A stretch of DNA of 62,217 bases, counting the filler, from Pirum gemmata (lineage: Eukaryota): NCBI GenBank assembly GCA_002812295.1. It is 28 parts of 28 records of this genome, joined end to end, with 100 filler letters (N's around TTAATTAATTAA, not from the genome) between each part and the next. Parts side by side here need not be neighbours in the genome. Positions count along the whole stretch, not along the records: positions 1 to 2,041 come from PDIN01008994.1; positions 2,142 to 4,170 come from PDIN01008995.1; positions 4,271 to 6,296 come from PDIN01008996.1; positions 6,397 to 8,452 come from PDIN01008997.1; positions 8,553 to 10,556 come from PDIN01008998.1; positions 10,657 to 12,688 come from PDIN01008999.1; 22 more parts are not named here. The stretch is one strand, 5' to 3'. Below the pieces are notes generated by a model, which worked only from the letters and a program-made list of their open reading frames with translations, was not told where the DNA came from and ran no database searches. Positions 1 through 11,019 of this stretch are shown here, piece after piece. Every line of letters begins with the position of its first letter. The stretch's first letter is position 1. Both the position numbers and the translations under genes were made by a program.

Positions 1-1251
1 AATTTTCCGGAAAATAATTTGCCTTTTGTTGACAAATATAAGTATTTGGGATTATGGGTTAATCACAACTGGAAATGGAATAGTCATATTGATCATATAG
101 TAGATAAGGTGTCAACTAAAATAAATAATTGGAAGTTTTTAATTTTTAGAAATAGTAAAATTGATAGTATGACAAAGTTAATTATCGGGAATAATATTAG
201 TAAGCCTATAATTACTTATAGTTGTGAAGTTTGGTGGTGTGATGCGGTACAACTTAAAAAGCTAGAGTTTATAAGTATGTGTGTTGAAATAGATATTGGG
301 TTGTAGTGATACAACTTCAAGTTCTTATGTTCGCAATGAGTTGGGTATAGTAAAGTTGGAATATCGATTGATAAAATTAAGACTCAAATGATTTGGCAAT
401 GTTATTGTTCACAAAAATGCTAATATTATTGGTAAAGTGATTGATTTAGATCCCAGATATGGTTTTAATAGAAGAAGATGGAAATCGTTTACTGATAAAT
501 GTATTAAAGAGTGTAAACTTATTCAGTATTTTAACAGCCTAGTCTCTCGTGATATTAATATGAATAAGTGCAATTGTGAAGTAAGAAAAAGAATTAATAG
601 AAAAGAGCTTAGAGATTTTACGACGTAAATGTGATTTATATAAGAGAGTTAATAGTAAGAAGATAAATAAGAAGTTTTATGTTAACCCTGACTTAATTGT
701 TATTAATGATACTTTACGTTTAAAATTTAAATTATTAAGCAACACTAGTGGTCTCTATGGAGAAAGAGGTAGACATAGAGGTAGTTTAGTTTCTAGAAAT
801 TGTAACTGTTGTAATATTGATGTTAGCAATAATGATAATAATAATAATAATAATGACGATGACGATGATNTGATGATAACTGAAGATACTTGTCATTTTT
901 TAATTAGTTGTGAACTATATAAGGAATTTCGTGAGAAATTTCTTTTTGATATTTTTAATTGGAAATTAGGTTCCTTTCAAGAAAAATGTGAGTCTTTAGA
1001 TAAAAAGAGAAGATGTGTGTTATTGTTTAGATGTATATATAATAAGGATGAAATCAAAAAAATGTAAAAAAAGAAATAATATAGTTAATAACGATTTAGT
1101 TAATTTACATACTTGTTTTGTTAAGTTTAGTAATGATTATATTATAAGTATTTGGAGTATTAGAAATAAGTTTTTATATGACCCTTTAGTTTCAGTTAAT
1201 TCTGGAATTATTGGTGGGGGAGAATATGTAGTAGATTTGATATTCAGTTAA
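1..1251 (+). mobile_element. Decayed non-LTR (LINE) retrotransposon ORF2, 3' part: RT thumb plus zf-RVT-like CCHC finger
   Basis: ORF 19..306 has the LINE RT thumb pattern YKYLG...W..HI...K...KP...Y..EVW. Downstream frames give LYGERGRH...NCNCC...EDTCHFLISC (CxxC...H...C). The frame is broken by frameshifts/stops and followed by a (TAT)n/(TGT)n tail from 1259. Confidence 0.85.
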
Positions 1252-1293
1252 TGGGAACATTATTATTATTATTATTATTGTTGTTGTTGTTGC

Positions 1294-1354
<61 letters not shown>

Positions 1355-1729
1355 ACGTNNNNNNNNNNNNNNNNNNNNNNNNNNNNNNNNNNNNNNNNNN
1401 NNNNNNNNNNNNNNNNNNNNNNNNNNNNNNNNNNNNNNNNNNNNNNNNNNNNNNNNNNNNNNNNNNNNNNNNNNNNNNNNNNNNNNNNNNNNNNNNNNNN
1501 NNNNNNNNNNNNNNNNNNNNNNNNNNNNNNNNNNNNNNNNNNNNNNNNNNNNNNTTGTTGTGTGTTGTTTGTTGTTTGTTGTTTGTTGTTTGTTGTTTGT
1601 TGTTTGTTGTTTGTTTTTTGTTTGTTGTTTGTTGTTTGTTGTTTGTTGTTTGTTTGTTGTTAATTGATTGTTGTTGTTTGTTGTTTTTGGTTAGTTAGTT
1701 ATTCTTTTTTATTACATGTTATTGTTTGT

Positions 1730-2021
1730 TTAACTACTATTATCGTTGCTATTTATGTTACAGACTTCTTTAAAAGTTTCACTGTTATAAGAATTTCCAG
1801 CAAGTGGTTTGTAACAATAACCCTCTTTTCCTTCAAAGTAAAAGTTTAGTGTAGATGAGGTGACGTCAGGGTTACTGTGAGCTTGGATGTGTAAATGTGG
1901 AGAAGGGCAAAAACCAATATCGCCCGATAAACAAATTGGTTGGCCTTTTTCCACTTTATCCCCAACTTTAACCATACAACTATTTTGTTTTATATGCACA
2001 TATTCGACATATACCACTCCA
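1730..2021 (-). CDS. Terminal exon of a peptidase family M23 (LytM/lysostaphin-like) protein
   Basis: Reads YVHIKQNSCMVKVGDKVEKGQPICLSGDIGFCPSPHLHI, matching the M23 YxH...VxxGQ.I...G.TG...PHLH motifs. A candidate AG acceptor lies at 2022-2023 after an (AAT)n tract. The 5' part is lost in the gap. Confidence 0.8.
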
Positions 2022-2041
2022 CTTTTATTATTATTATTATT

Positions 2042-2141
2042 NNNNNNNNNNNNNNNNNNNNNNNNNNNNNNNNNNNNNNNNNNNNTTAATTAATTAANNN
2101 NNNNNNNNNNNNNNNNNNNNNNNNNNNNNNNNNNNNNNNNN
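2042..2141. other. Artificial contig linker N44-TTAATTAATTAA-N44 (first of 27)
   Basis: The same 100-nt linker with six-frame stops recurs with its core at about 2086, 4215, 6341, 8497, 10601, 12733, 14889, 17029, 19184, 22876, 25011, 27121, 29246, 31385, 33508, 36163, 38317, 40440, 42594, 44723, 46844, 49540, 51646, 53799, 55926, 58005 and 60109. Confidence 0.97.
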
Positions 2142-2142
2142 T

Positions 2143-4170
2143 AATAATAATAATAATAATAATAATAGAAAAAACAAATCAAAATCTAAGCAATCCAAAG
2201 CTAAACAGCAACAAATGCGAGCCAAACAACGCCAACAACAACAGCAAAAGAAAAAAATAGAATTACAACAAGAAGAAGAAGAAAAACAAAGACGGCAAAA
2301 AGAACAAATCCAACAGCTATTTCAACAACAACAAAAACAGCAAAAATTATTAGAAGAACGGCAAAACCGCCGTCTTTTATTACCTAAAGTACATATTGTG
2401 ATGAATGATATTAAAGTGGAGCAGTTGGCGAAAAATGTAATTATGTTGATGTTGTTTTATGAAGTAGGGGGTCATGACATTGAAAATTTTGAACATTTAA
2501 AAGTTCCCAGTGATATTTCTACCAAGAAAAAAATCGATCGAGCTACTAGAGATATAGTAAAATGTCAATTTCGCGTGCGCAAAGATAAAAAATTTGCGGA
2601 GGCGTTGGAAACGGTTTGTTTCAGTTACTATGTTTATTTAAGTTTATTTTTATTTCCCAATCATCATACACGATTGTTAAATATTATTGAACGATTGGCA
2701 AAGTCTAGCAAACCACCTTATGATTGGATAAAATGCACTAGTAGTGAATGGGAAAAACTAAGAAACGTGTACTCTTTCTGGGCCAATGATCCTGTGGATT
2801 GTGCCTATTTGCGAAACCGAATTGATACGGGTGCTTGTAAATTTAGTAACTGCAGTCACCATTGTAAAAATGATGACGATTATGATGATGAGGATGATGA
2901 GGATGATGAGGATGATGAGGATGAGGATGAATATGATGAGGATGAGGATGATGAGGATGATGAGGATGATGAGGATGAGGATGATGAGGATGACAATGAT
3001 GATCATTATCATTATTATCATCAGCATCAACATAAACATCACAATGGCTGCCAACATGATCATAATCGTAATCATAGTCATAATGATAATAATAATCGCT
3101 CTAACCAAAACCATAACCACAGTTGTTCCAGTCCTAACCATAATCATAATCATAACCATAATCACAATCAAAAACGTAATCGTTACCACAGTCATGATCA
3201 CAACCGTAACCATAAACAACATCAACAACCAGCCGTGGCCGAATGTATTGAACGATTAAAGCAAGATCAAGAAATGGAATTAAAATCTAAAATTGGTCAA
3301 ATCGACGCCATGACCAGGGAAGAGTTTAACTCTTTATTCCCCCAGCTGTCTAATTTTGATATGTACCAGGATGTGTCTTTCAAAGAAATGAAGCAGATTT
3401 TGCGTGAAAGCATTCTTTCGATTAGCAATAATAACGATGGCCGCAGCGAAGCTATGTCCCAACGTAACCTCAACGCGAAAAGAAGATTGAGAGGTATTTA
3501 CTCTATGTACGAGTTGTCCTTGTTAGAGCACGAAAATATATTAACCCCTCCTATTGAATTGTGGAGAAAATATCACCGATACATGCGTTTTCGGAATGTG
3601 GATTACGTCACTCGAGATTATGATTGTATAAAATCAATGTTGTTTCCAATTAATCCTGCTTCAGATTCAGAAACGGATAGTGATAGTGATGACAAGTTGG
3701 CTATTTCTGATTTATGGACACCAAATATCACTACTTTAGCAATCGATAATTATCGTGATGAGTTTTTCAAAACGAACGTCAAAATCTTGCCTACCTTAGA
3801 TGACATTTTTTCTATTATTTTAGACCCAGGAGTCAAAACTACTGCGAACCGTTGTTTATTTGATCGCGTTGGTTGGTGGTTTGTGGAAGTGGGTCATGCA
3901 ATAAGGCAATTGGCGGAAGGTAATCGCCTAGTCATGGAAATTGTATCGGGTGAAATGCACTGTGTGGCGATGAAACAACCCCAAAATTCTTTCGATGTTG
4001 TTTGCGTCAATAGTGTTCCTGATTGCACAGGCTTGTTGAATACGTTTCTATATATGGCACCTCTGGTGCGTTCTTATAGTTGTGATGATACTGATGATGT
4101 TTCTAAATTAAACAACTCAGATCATCGTGGTAATAATAGTATTAATAATAATAGTAATAATAATAATAAT
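2143..4170 (+). CDS. DUF4470-family protein (partial, open at both ends) with poly-Q/E, poly-D/E and His/Asn low-complexity inserts
   Basis: The frame is open across the whole contig. Motifs VHIVMNDI..EQLAKNVIML and FDVVCVNSVPDCTGLLNTFLYMAPLV resemble the DUF4470 NDI...LARN and FD.I..SN..DY.G.LN...PL motifs. Confidence 0.72.
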
Positions 4171-4270
4171 NNNNNNNNNNNNNNNNNNNNNNNNNNNNNN
4201 NNNNNNNNNNNNNNTTAATTAATTAANNNNNNNNNNNNNNNNNNNNNNNNNNNNNNNNNNNNNNNNNNNN

Positions 4271-4337
4271 TTGACTGGAAATTAACGTCAAGGGGTAGGT
4301 AGGTATGGGTATTTGAAGCTGTATTTGACCGGAAATT
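4271..4337 (+). mobile_element. Partial copy of the GGTAGGTAGG dispersed element end (PIF/Harbinger-like)
   Basis: TTGACTGGAAATTAACGTCAAGGGGTAGGTAGGT...GTATTTGAAGCTGTATTTGACCGGAAATT is near-identical to 48953..49071 and to the reverse complement of 14163..14282. Confidence 0.7.
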
Positions 4338-4989
4338 GGCGTTACGTAGTCTCCCTAGATGACCCATGAGACTCTCATGAGTCATGAAAATTATTTCACA
4401 GTATTTCACCCATTCTTGAAAAGACGTCATAGTTACATCCCTTTAAATGACGTCAGAACAACATAAATATCAGTCTTTGGAACTTATCGACATTAAATTT
4501 TACAGTTGACATTAATATAATATTACACTATATTATTTATAATGTTTTTTTAAAAAAAATAAATGATTAAATTTTATTCCTGCATCTATTATATCATAAT
4601 TAAGAAAATTTGCATCGTAATAAAAGTTAGCTAATAGATATTAAATAAATTAAATAAGTTAAATATTAAATAAATTAATAAATATTAATAAATATTAAAT
4701 AAATTAATTATTAAATAAATTAAATAAATTAAATAAATTAAATAAATTAAATAAATTAAATAAATTAAATAAATTAGATAAGAAGAAACAGAAACGAAAG
4801 AATATAACTTTATTTATTTTTGTAACACATTTTAATAATATTAATAAAAGACTGTTCAGTCTAAATTTCTTAACTCTTATAAATTACTCTATGTGTGCTC
4901 TCGGGCCAATACAAATTGATAGCAGGAGATGATTTTTATTATATATTACTGTATATTATTAATGTGTACGTTTGCTACATTTTCTTTAA

Positions 4990-5920
4990 AAAAATAATAT
5001 ATCCCATTTTACTGTGTCAAACTATAATATTATAAACAGGTATCGTAGACGTAAATTGGTATTTTTCAGGTATATTTTTAGGTGTCACAGCACATTTTAC
5101 TTTGTATAAGGCTCTTCAATTTCGTTGACACTGTTTTCCCAGAAAAACATGAAACCAATTTTGATACTCCTTGAGCATAGTACAGACGCTGCAAGGGACT
5201 CCACTTACTTGTACTATATTATTCAGCTCTTTTAGTTCAAGATCATTATTGCCCATTTCCTTAATGGTGATTAGTTGAAGATTAACTTTTGCTAAATTTA
5301 CATTAAATTCGTTTAAAAGTAAAAATTAACCCATTTTAATTTTGTTCGTTTATCAACCAGCTCGTTAGTAATGTTTTGAATTATATAGTGTGTGTTATTA
5401 CTAAACTCGTAAAACTCAATAAGAAATTCCTTCAATTTCTCAAACGTAATATTATTAGCATTTTCAGACATGTACATTAACTTTTCTGAAGTTTTCTTTG
5501 AATTTGCAGTGGCACTATAACATTTTTTCAGTATCTTCTTTATAAAGGTCAAGTGTAGTCTGTAAATCATAATCAATCCCTTTTACTCGTGAAGTTTGTG
5601 ATCCAACAGTGTATTTAGAATTTGTAGTATAACCAACCACACCAGCAATTGTTAAAGCTACCGCAATGAAAGCAACATTAAAAACTTTTAAACATAGGGA
5701 TAGTGTTTTGTTGTTTGTTACTATTACTTTTACTTTTAACTTTCTTTAGTTTTGCTTTTGAGTTGTACTTTTGCTCCACAGAACTAATTGAATGTATATG
5801 TTCATAGTGTCCTTCCATGTGACCACAAGGGTTTAGCTTAGTTTGACTGCCTGTGTCGTTCGTATCGCATGAATTTAACTCAGCTTGAGTTTCAAGGATA
5901 TTGTCTTCTGATCCCGAGTA
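4990..5920 (-). pseudogene. Frameshifted coding-like remnant with a hydrophobic segment and helical region, family unknown
   Basis: Successive frames read YSGSEDNILETQ..., FNVAFIAVALTIAGVVGY..., SATANSKKTSEKLMYM... and LLNEFNVNLAKVNLQL...VPCSVC, separated by frameshifts and stops. Confidence 0.35.
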
Positions 5921-6073
5921 TTAGTTAAGTGTAAAGTAAAGTTTTACTCATATTGCTATTATATTATAATTATATTTTATTAATTATTGATTATTAATTA
6001 TTGATTATTAATTATTATTTTTATTATTATTATCAAATTATTATTATTATTATTAATTGTTATTATTTTTGAA

Positions 6074-6114
<41 letters not shown>

Positions 6115-6214
6115 TAAATATTTAATTAATAAAATAATAAAAATTAATATTATTATTAATATTATTTATTATAATATTATTTATTATTATTATTATTATT
6201 ATGTAATATTTTAC

Positions 6215-6263
6215 CTTGATTCATTGACAACATCAATATAATGCGGTACAAATTCATCATATC
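6215..6263 (-). CDS. Candidate 49-nt internal exon (GYDEFVPHYIDVVNESR-like)
   Basis: On the minus strand: CTAAC branch motif, then ttttgtgCAG acceptor, an open frame and an AG|GTAAAA donor, inside microsatellite-rich flanks. Confidence 0.4.
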
Positions 6264-6921
6264 CTGCACAAAATGCCGTTAGTTTTAGGTTAAGGTNNNN
6301 NNNNNNNNNNNNNNNNNNNNNNNNNNNNNNNNNNNNNNNNTTAATTAATTAANNNNNNNNNNNNNNNNNNNNNNNNNNNNNNNNNNNNNNNNNNNNAAAA
6401 ATAAAAAAAAACAAAAAATTCTTTTTTTTAAAAAAAAAAAAAAATAAATAAAATATAATATAAATGAATGCATACATAAATGAACGTATATTTCACACTA
6501 TTTTAAATTTTATATACTATATATAGATATATTACCGGTATATGGATTATGGAACCAGATGTGGGTCTTTCCAGTGGGTCTTTCGGACCTCTATAATGTT
6601 GTAAATTTTTTTTTTTTTAACTAATCATGAAACTTTCGGAGAACTTCTGAAAAAAAACCACCATCTCTTTTATAAAGACTTAGTTTTATTGGTTTGATAA
6701 AAATCGTACTTGACAAGTTACACAAACTTTAGTCTAATTTGACTCAGTTCAAATGCTTTTTTTTAAAAAATACCAATTTATTTTCTGACTGAGTCTAACT
6801 AAATTTGGACTTCAAAAAAAAAAAAAAAAAAAAGAACAAAAAAAAAAAAAAAAAAAAAGAGTTTGAAAAAAAAAAAAAACGACTAATCAGGCTGTAAGGA
6901 AACATTCATTTTTTTTAACTA

Positions 6922-7150
6922 CCAAGCCAGATAAAAGTGGCGACATTCGCCATATGACCTCAAAATCTCAAAATGATCAAATTCAAATAAAAGTACTACC
7001 AAATATTGAGAAATATTTTAACTATGAAAACCCTATTATGAGCCAATGGCGAGTTTTTAAAAATAATTTGGCTAGTGAGAATTAAAGTTTTTAGAAAAGA
7101 AGTCTAAAAAAATGATTTCTACAGTTTTATAGTAGTTTTATCTGGCTTGG
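6922..7150. mobile_element. MITE family A (about 230 bp, TIR CCAAGCCAGATAAAA)
   Basis: A perfect 15-bp inverted repeat lies at 6922..6936 and 7136..7150. The internal sequence recurs at 32039..32269, 37926..38072, 8330..8420, 53580..53690 and 19340..19400. Confidence 0.8.
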
Positions 7151-7359
7151 AAAAAAAATTCCATTTTAAGGTCTAATGATACCATTTTAAGGTCTAATGA
7201 TACCTAATCAGGTAATAAAAACTCAACTTCGCTGGCCCAATCTGGCTTGCTGGGCTGGTCTACACCGTCTATATATGGTAGTCTACAGTCAGTTTAGATT
7301 TTAGAACCAATAGATACTAAAGTAAGCCTTCCCACAGTGGACCCACACTACCCCACATT

Positions 7360-7573
7360 ATGCTCGAGCCCGAAAACTCGAATTTCTACTGTCAAAAAAA
7401 AAAAAAAAAACCAAAATTCAGCCCTGTTCGAAAATTTTTTTTTCCCTTTTTTTAGGTTTATAAATAAATAAATATACTTGAATACTTTATTGTAAGCTCA
7501 AAATTTCGAACTTATTTAACTAATAAATAGGCTTGAAAACTCGATTTTTAAAAAAGAGCAGAATGGGGAGAAG
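7360..7573 (+). mobile_element. MITE family B copy (GCTCGAGCCCGAAAACTCG core)
   Basis: Same core as 50309..50489, 55419..55740 and 57548..57713. It ends in AGCAGAATGGGGAGAAG, the degenerate right TIR. Confidence 0.75.
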
Positions 7574-7729
7574 TAGTAGTGCTAAATGTAAAACAGTTAC
7601 TTTTTCTTGTGTTGGAGTGTGTTTGGACCAGAGTGGACGACCTATTGAAATTCGTCATGAATGGCACCCAGTCATACATAAAATTATTTCCAATTGAAAT
7701 TCGTCATGAATGGCACCCAGTCATACATA

Positions 7730-7853
7730 AAATTTCCTGTCAAATACAGCTTCAAATACCCCTACCTACCTACCCCTCGACGTTAATTTCCAGTCAAATA
7801 CCTCCTACCCACCCACCCCCTTAACGTGACGTATTATTTTTTAACGCTCCCTC
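7730..7853 (-). mobile_element. GGTAGGTAGG dispersed element end (PIF/Harbinger-like), reverse copy
   Basis: CAAATACAGCTTCAAATACCCCTACCTACCTACCCC...ACGTGACGTATTATTTTTTAACGCTCCCT is homologous to 14163..14282 and 48953..49071. Confidence 0.7.
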
Positions 7854-8011
7854 TAAAATTATTATTGTTAATTAAAAACTGGTCATTGGTTCATAATAGT
7901 TTTCTTAGGTTTTTTTTTTAAAAAAAAATGATATCTCAAATTGACAATCATAAACTAATCATGATCACAATCACAATCACAATCACAATCACAATCACAC
8001 AATTACAATTA

Positions 8012-8044
<33 letters not shown>

Positions 8045-8894
8045 ATATTATATTATTATTATTATTAAGACCCAATGTTTTTAAAAAACCAACCATCTTC
8101 ATCAAAACCATAAAAACGACTACGCTTTTATTTCAGTCATCGCTTAAAAGCCAAAACTAAAATCATAATTAAAAAGTATCAGCAAATGATTGGTATAATA
8201 GAAGTTACACCTTAACCCAACCCTAACCCTAGCTAGTACTAGCTAGCTAGGTCTGGTACTGTACCTCCATCACCCCTCTCCACGACCCACTGAGCATTTT
8301 ATTTTATGCGATAATTAAATGTTGGTAGTACTTTCATGGATCATTTTGAGATTTTTTGGATTTTTGAGCTCAACCTCATAATAGGCTCATATGGCGGTTA
8401 TTGCCACTTTTGTCCAGCTTCAAATCTTAATTTGGAAATAAAAAAAAAATTGNNNNNNNNNNNNNNNNNNNNNNNNNNNNNNNNNNNNNNNNNNNNTTAA
8501 TTAATTAANNNNNNNNNNNNNNNNNNNNNNNNNNNNNNNNNNNNNNNNNNNNTAATAATAATAATAATATTAATAATAATATAATAAAATACAACAATAT
8601 TGATATTAATAACCAACTGTATGCAGACAATGTTTTTAATAATAATTCGATAAGTGTGAAGGATTATATACTTATCATCGTTTTATATCGTGGTTAAAAA
8701 AAGGGCAAAAAAAAGCCTTCCACCATCTGACCCTATCAGATGAAATATTATAAGCACAATAATGTAATCTAACTGATTAAAATGGCAATCTGGAAAAATG
8801 ATTGTTTTTATTAAAAAAAAAGCTATTTTTTTTTTTTATTTATGATATTTTTTTTATGACATTTCTGATAGTCCTAAAATGGTCTAACCCAATT

Positions 8895-9007
8895 GCAAAA
8901 AAGCGATTTTATGCAGCCAATGCTGCTATAGTTAACTGCTGCAAAAGCCTGCGAAAAGCGATTTTATCCAGCCAATGCTGCAATAGTTAACTGCTGCAAA
9001 AGCCTGC
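8895..9007. repeat. Two-copy tandem repeat of about 57 bp
   Basis: AAAAGCGATTTTAT(G/C)CAGCCAATGCTGC(T/A)ATAGTTAACTGCTGCAAAAGCCTGC occurs twice. Confidence 0.85.
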
Positions 9008-9208
9008 AGTAGTGCTGCAATAATAATAATAATAATAATACTGATAATATTAATAATAATATTGATAATAACAATGATAATAATAATATTGATATTATAC
9101 TAATAATATTAATTGATATTAATAATATTGATAATAATAATAATTATATAATAAACCTTTTAATCGAGAATATGATTTTTATACACGTAGAAAAAGTTTT
9201 AATTAATA

Positions 9209-9565
9209 CCCTAATGCTAACCGTAGCGCTAACGCTAACCTAACCTAACCCTCACGCTAACCCTAAAGCCTAACCCTAACGCTAACGCTAACCCTCACGC
9301 TAACCCTAGCGCTAACGCTAACCTAACCTAACCCTCACGCTAACCCTAAAGCCTAACCCTAACCTAACCCTAACGCTAACCCTAACGCTAACGCTAACCT
9401 AACCTAACCCTCACGCTAACCCTCACGCTAACGCTAACCCTCACGCTAACGCTAACGCTAACGCTAACCTAACCCTAACCTAACGCTAACCCTAACCCTA
9501 ACCCTAACCCTAACCCTAACCCTAACCCTAATTTATAACCCTAACCCTAACCCTAACCCTAACCC
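9209..9565. repeat. Interstitial telomere-like (CCCTAA)n array with CGCTAA/CCTCA variants and higher-order duplication
   Basis: Read directly. The variant block GCGCTAACGCTAACCTAACCTAACCCTCACGCTAACCCTAAAGCCTAACCCTAAC is repeated. Confidence 0.92.
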
Positions 9566-9867
9566 CTCTAAGGGTTGAAAATTTTAAAAGATCAAAATCT
9601 AATAATGTGATATTACATATTAATATTATATGTAGGAAGCATTGATTATAGTTATTATTCAAACCAATGTAACACACTAATTTCAAAAGAAAGTCGTATG
9701 AAACTAGGGTTAGGGTAAGGGCAGAAGGTTTTTAAATTTTAGCACTAGTCCTAGGAGTCGAACTAATTAACAAATATTAATAATTGTCGATTATTAATTA
9801 CAGAACAAAATTTTAAACATCAATTATAATTATAATAATATTGGGTTTTAACGGTTAATTATAAGAT

Positions 9868-10203
9868 AAGGGTTAGGGTCAAGGTTAAAGTTAAGGTTAA
9901 GGTTAGGGTTAGGGTTAGGGTTAAGGTTAATTAGGGTTAAGGTTAGGGTTAAGGTTAGGGTTAAGCTTGAGCTTAGGTTTAGGTTTAGGGTTGGGGTTAG
10001 GGTTATAATTAGGATTAGGATTAGGATTCGGGTTAGAGGGTTAGGGTTAGGGTTAAGGTTAGGGTTAAGGTTAGGGTTAGGGTTAGGGTTAGGGTTAGGG
10101 TTAGGGTTAGGGTTAGGGTTAAGATTAGGGTTAGGATTAGGTTTATGGTTAGGGTTGGTTAGGGTTAGGGTTAGGACTAGGATTAGGGTTAGAGTTAGGG
10201 TTA
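9868..10203. repeat. Interstitial (TTAGGG)n array in opposite orientation to 9209..9565
   Basis: TTAGGG/TTAAGG/TTAGGA units read directly. Confidence 0.92.
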
Positions 10204-10239
10204 GTAGGGGTTTTTAAAAGCTGTCGGGTTTTAGTCTAG

Positions 10240-10426
10240 TAGTGCTTTTCAGTTTTGCTCATTATAAAATTTAACTAAATACAATAAAGAGTACCAAATT
10301 ATTACAATAAAAATCCAGTTAATTTAATTTGTATATTTTCTTATCTGTTTATTCATTTGAAAATGGCAATTTAAAATTTAAAGGTTACAACCCACCAAAT
10401 AAATATTCAGAGTGACAAAATAAATG
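10240..10426 (+). mobile_element. MITE family C copy (about 190 bp, TIR TYGTGCTTTTCA)
   Basis: Starts GTGCTTTTCAG and ends CAGAGTGACAAAATAAATG. Homologous to 20172..20371, 30429..30613, 50701..50889 and 57054..57216. Confidence 0.75.
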
Positions 10427-11019
10427 CCACATGGGTTAGACTAGGGTCAGGATTATATAATTAAGGTTTTAATGTTAATTATAAATAATTATACGAGTTA
10501 TTTATAAATTATAATTGTGTTAACTCTAACCCTAACCCTAACCCTAACCCTAACCCNNNNNNNNNNNNNNNNNNNNNNNNNNNNNNNNNNNNNNNNNNNN
10601 TTAATTAATTAANNNNNNNNNNNNNNNNNNNNNNNNNNNNNNNNNNNNNNNNNNNNATAATAATAATAATACCAATAATATTTTTTTTTAATGTTAATTT
10701 ATTCGTTAAAACTGGATCTTTTTATTCATTGTTATTATGGTTTGCTTTTTGGCATCCTGTGGGAATAAATGTAAAATAAAAATTGATATGTAATATTATT
10801 CGCCTTACACTACCTAACCCTACCGTAACCTTACCGTAACCGTAACCCTAAACCGAACCCTAACCCTAACCCTAACCCTAACCCTAACCCTAATCCTAAC
10901 CCTATAACACTAACAAAATTTCAGAAACTTGATGAATATAAAAAAAATGAAAGAGTTGCAAAAAAACCATCATATTATTCAAAATAAAATAAAAAGATAA
11001 AAATGCATTTTCTTTTTAA

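Noticed and set aside
2758..3259. Met/Ile-rich ORFs 2758..3228 (-) and 2786..3259 (+)
   Set aside because: They are shadow frames of the trinucleotide tracts in the DUF4470 ORF.
9209..10203. CCCTAA...TTAGGG brackets as telomere-capped nanochromosomes
   Set aside because: The arrays are degenerate and continue into ordinary sequence on the outer sides. One bracket holds only an internal exon, and TAA/TAG are used as stops.
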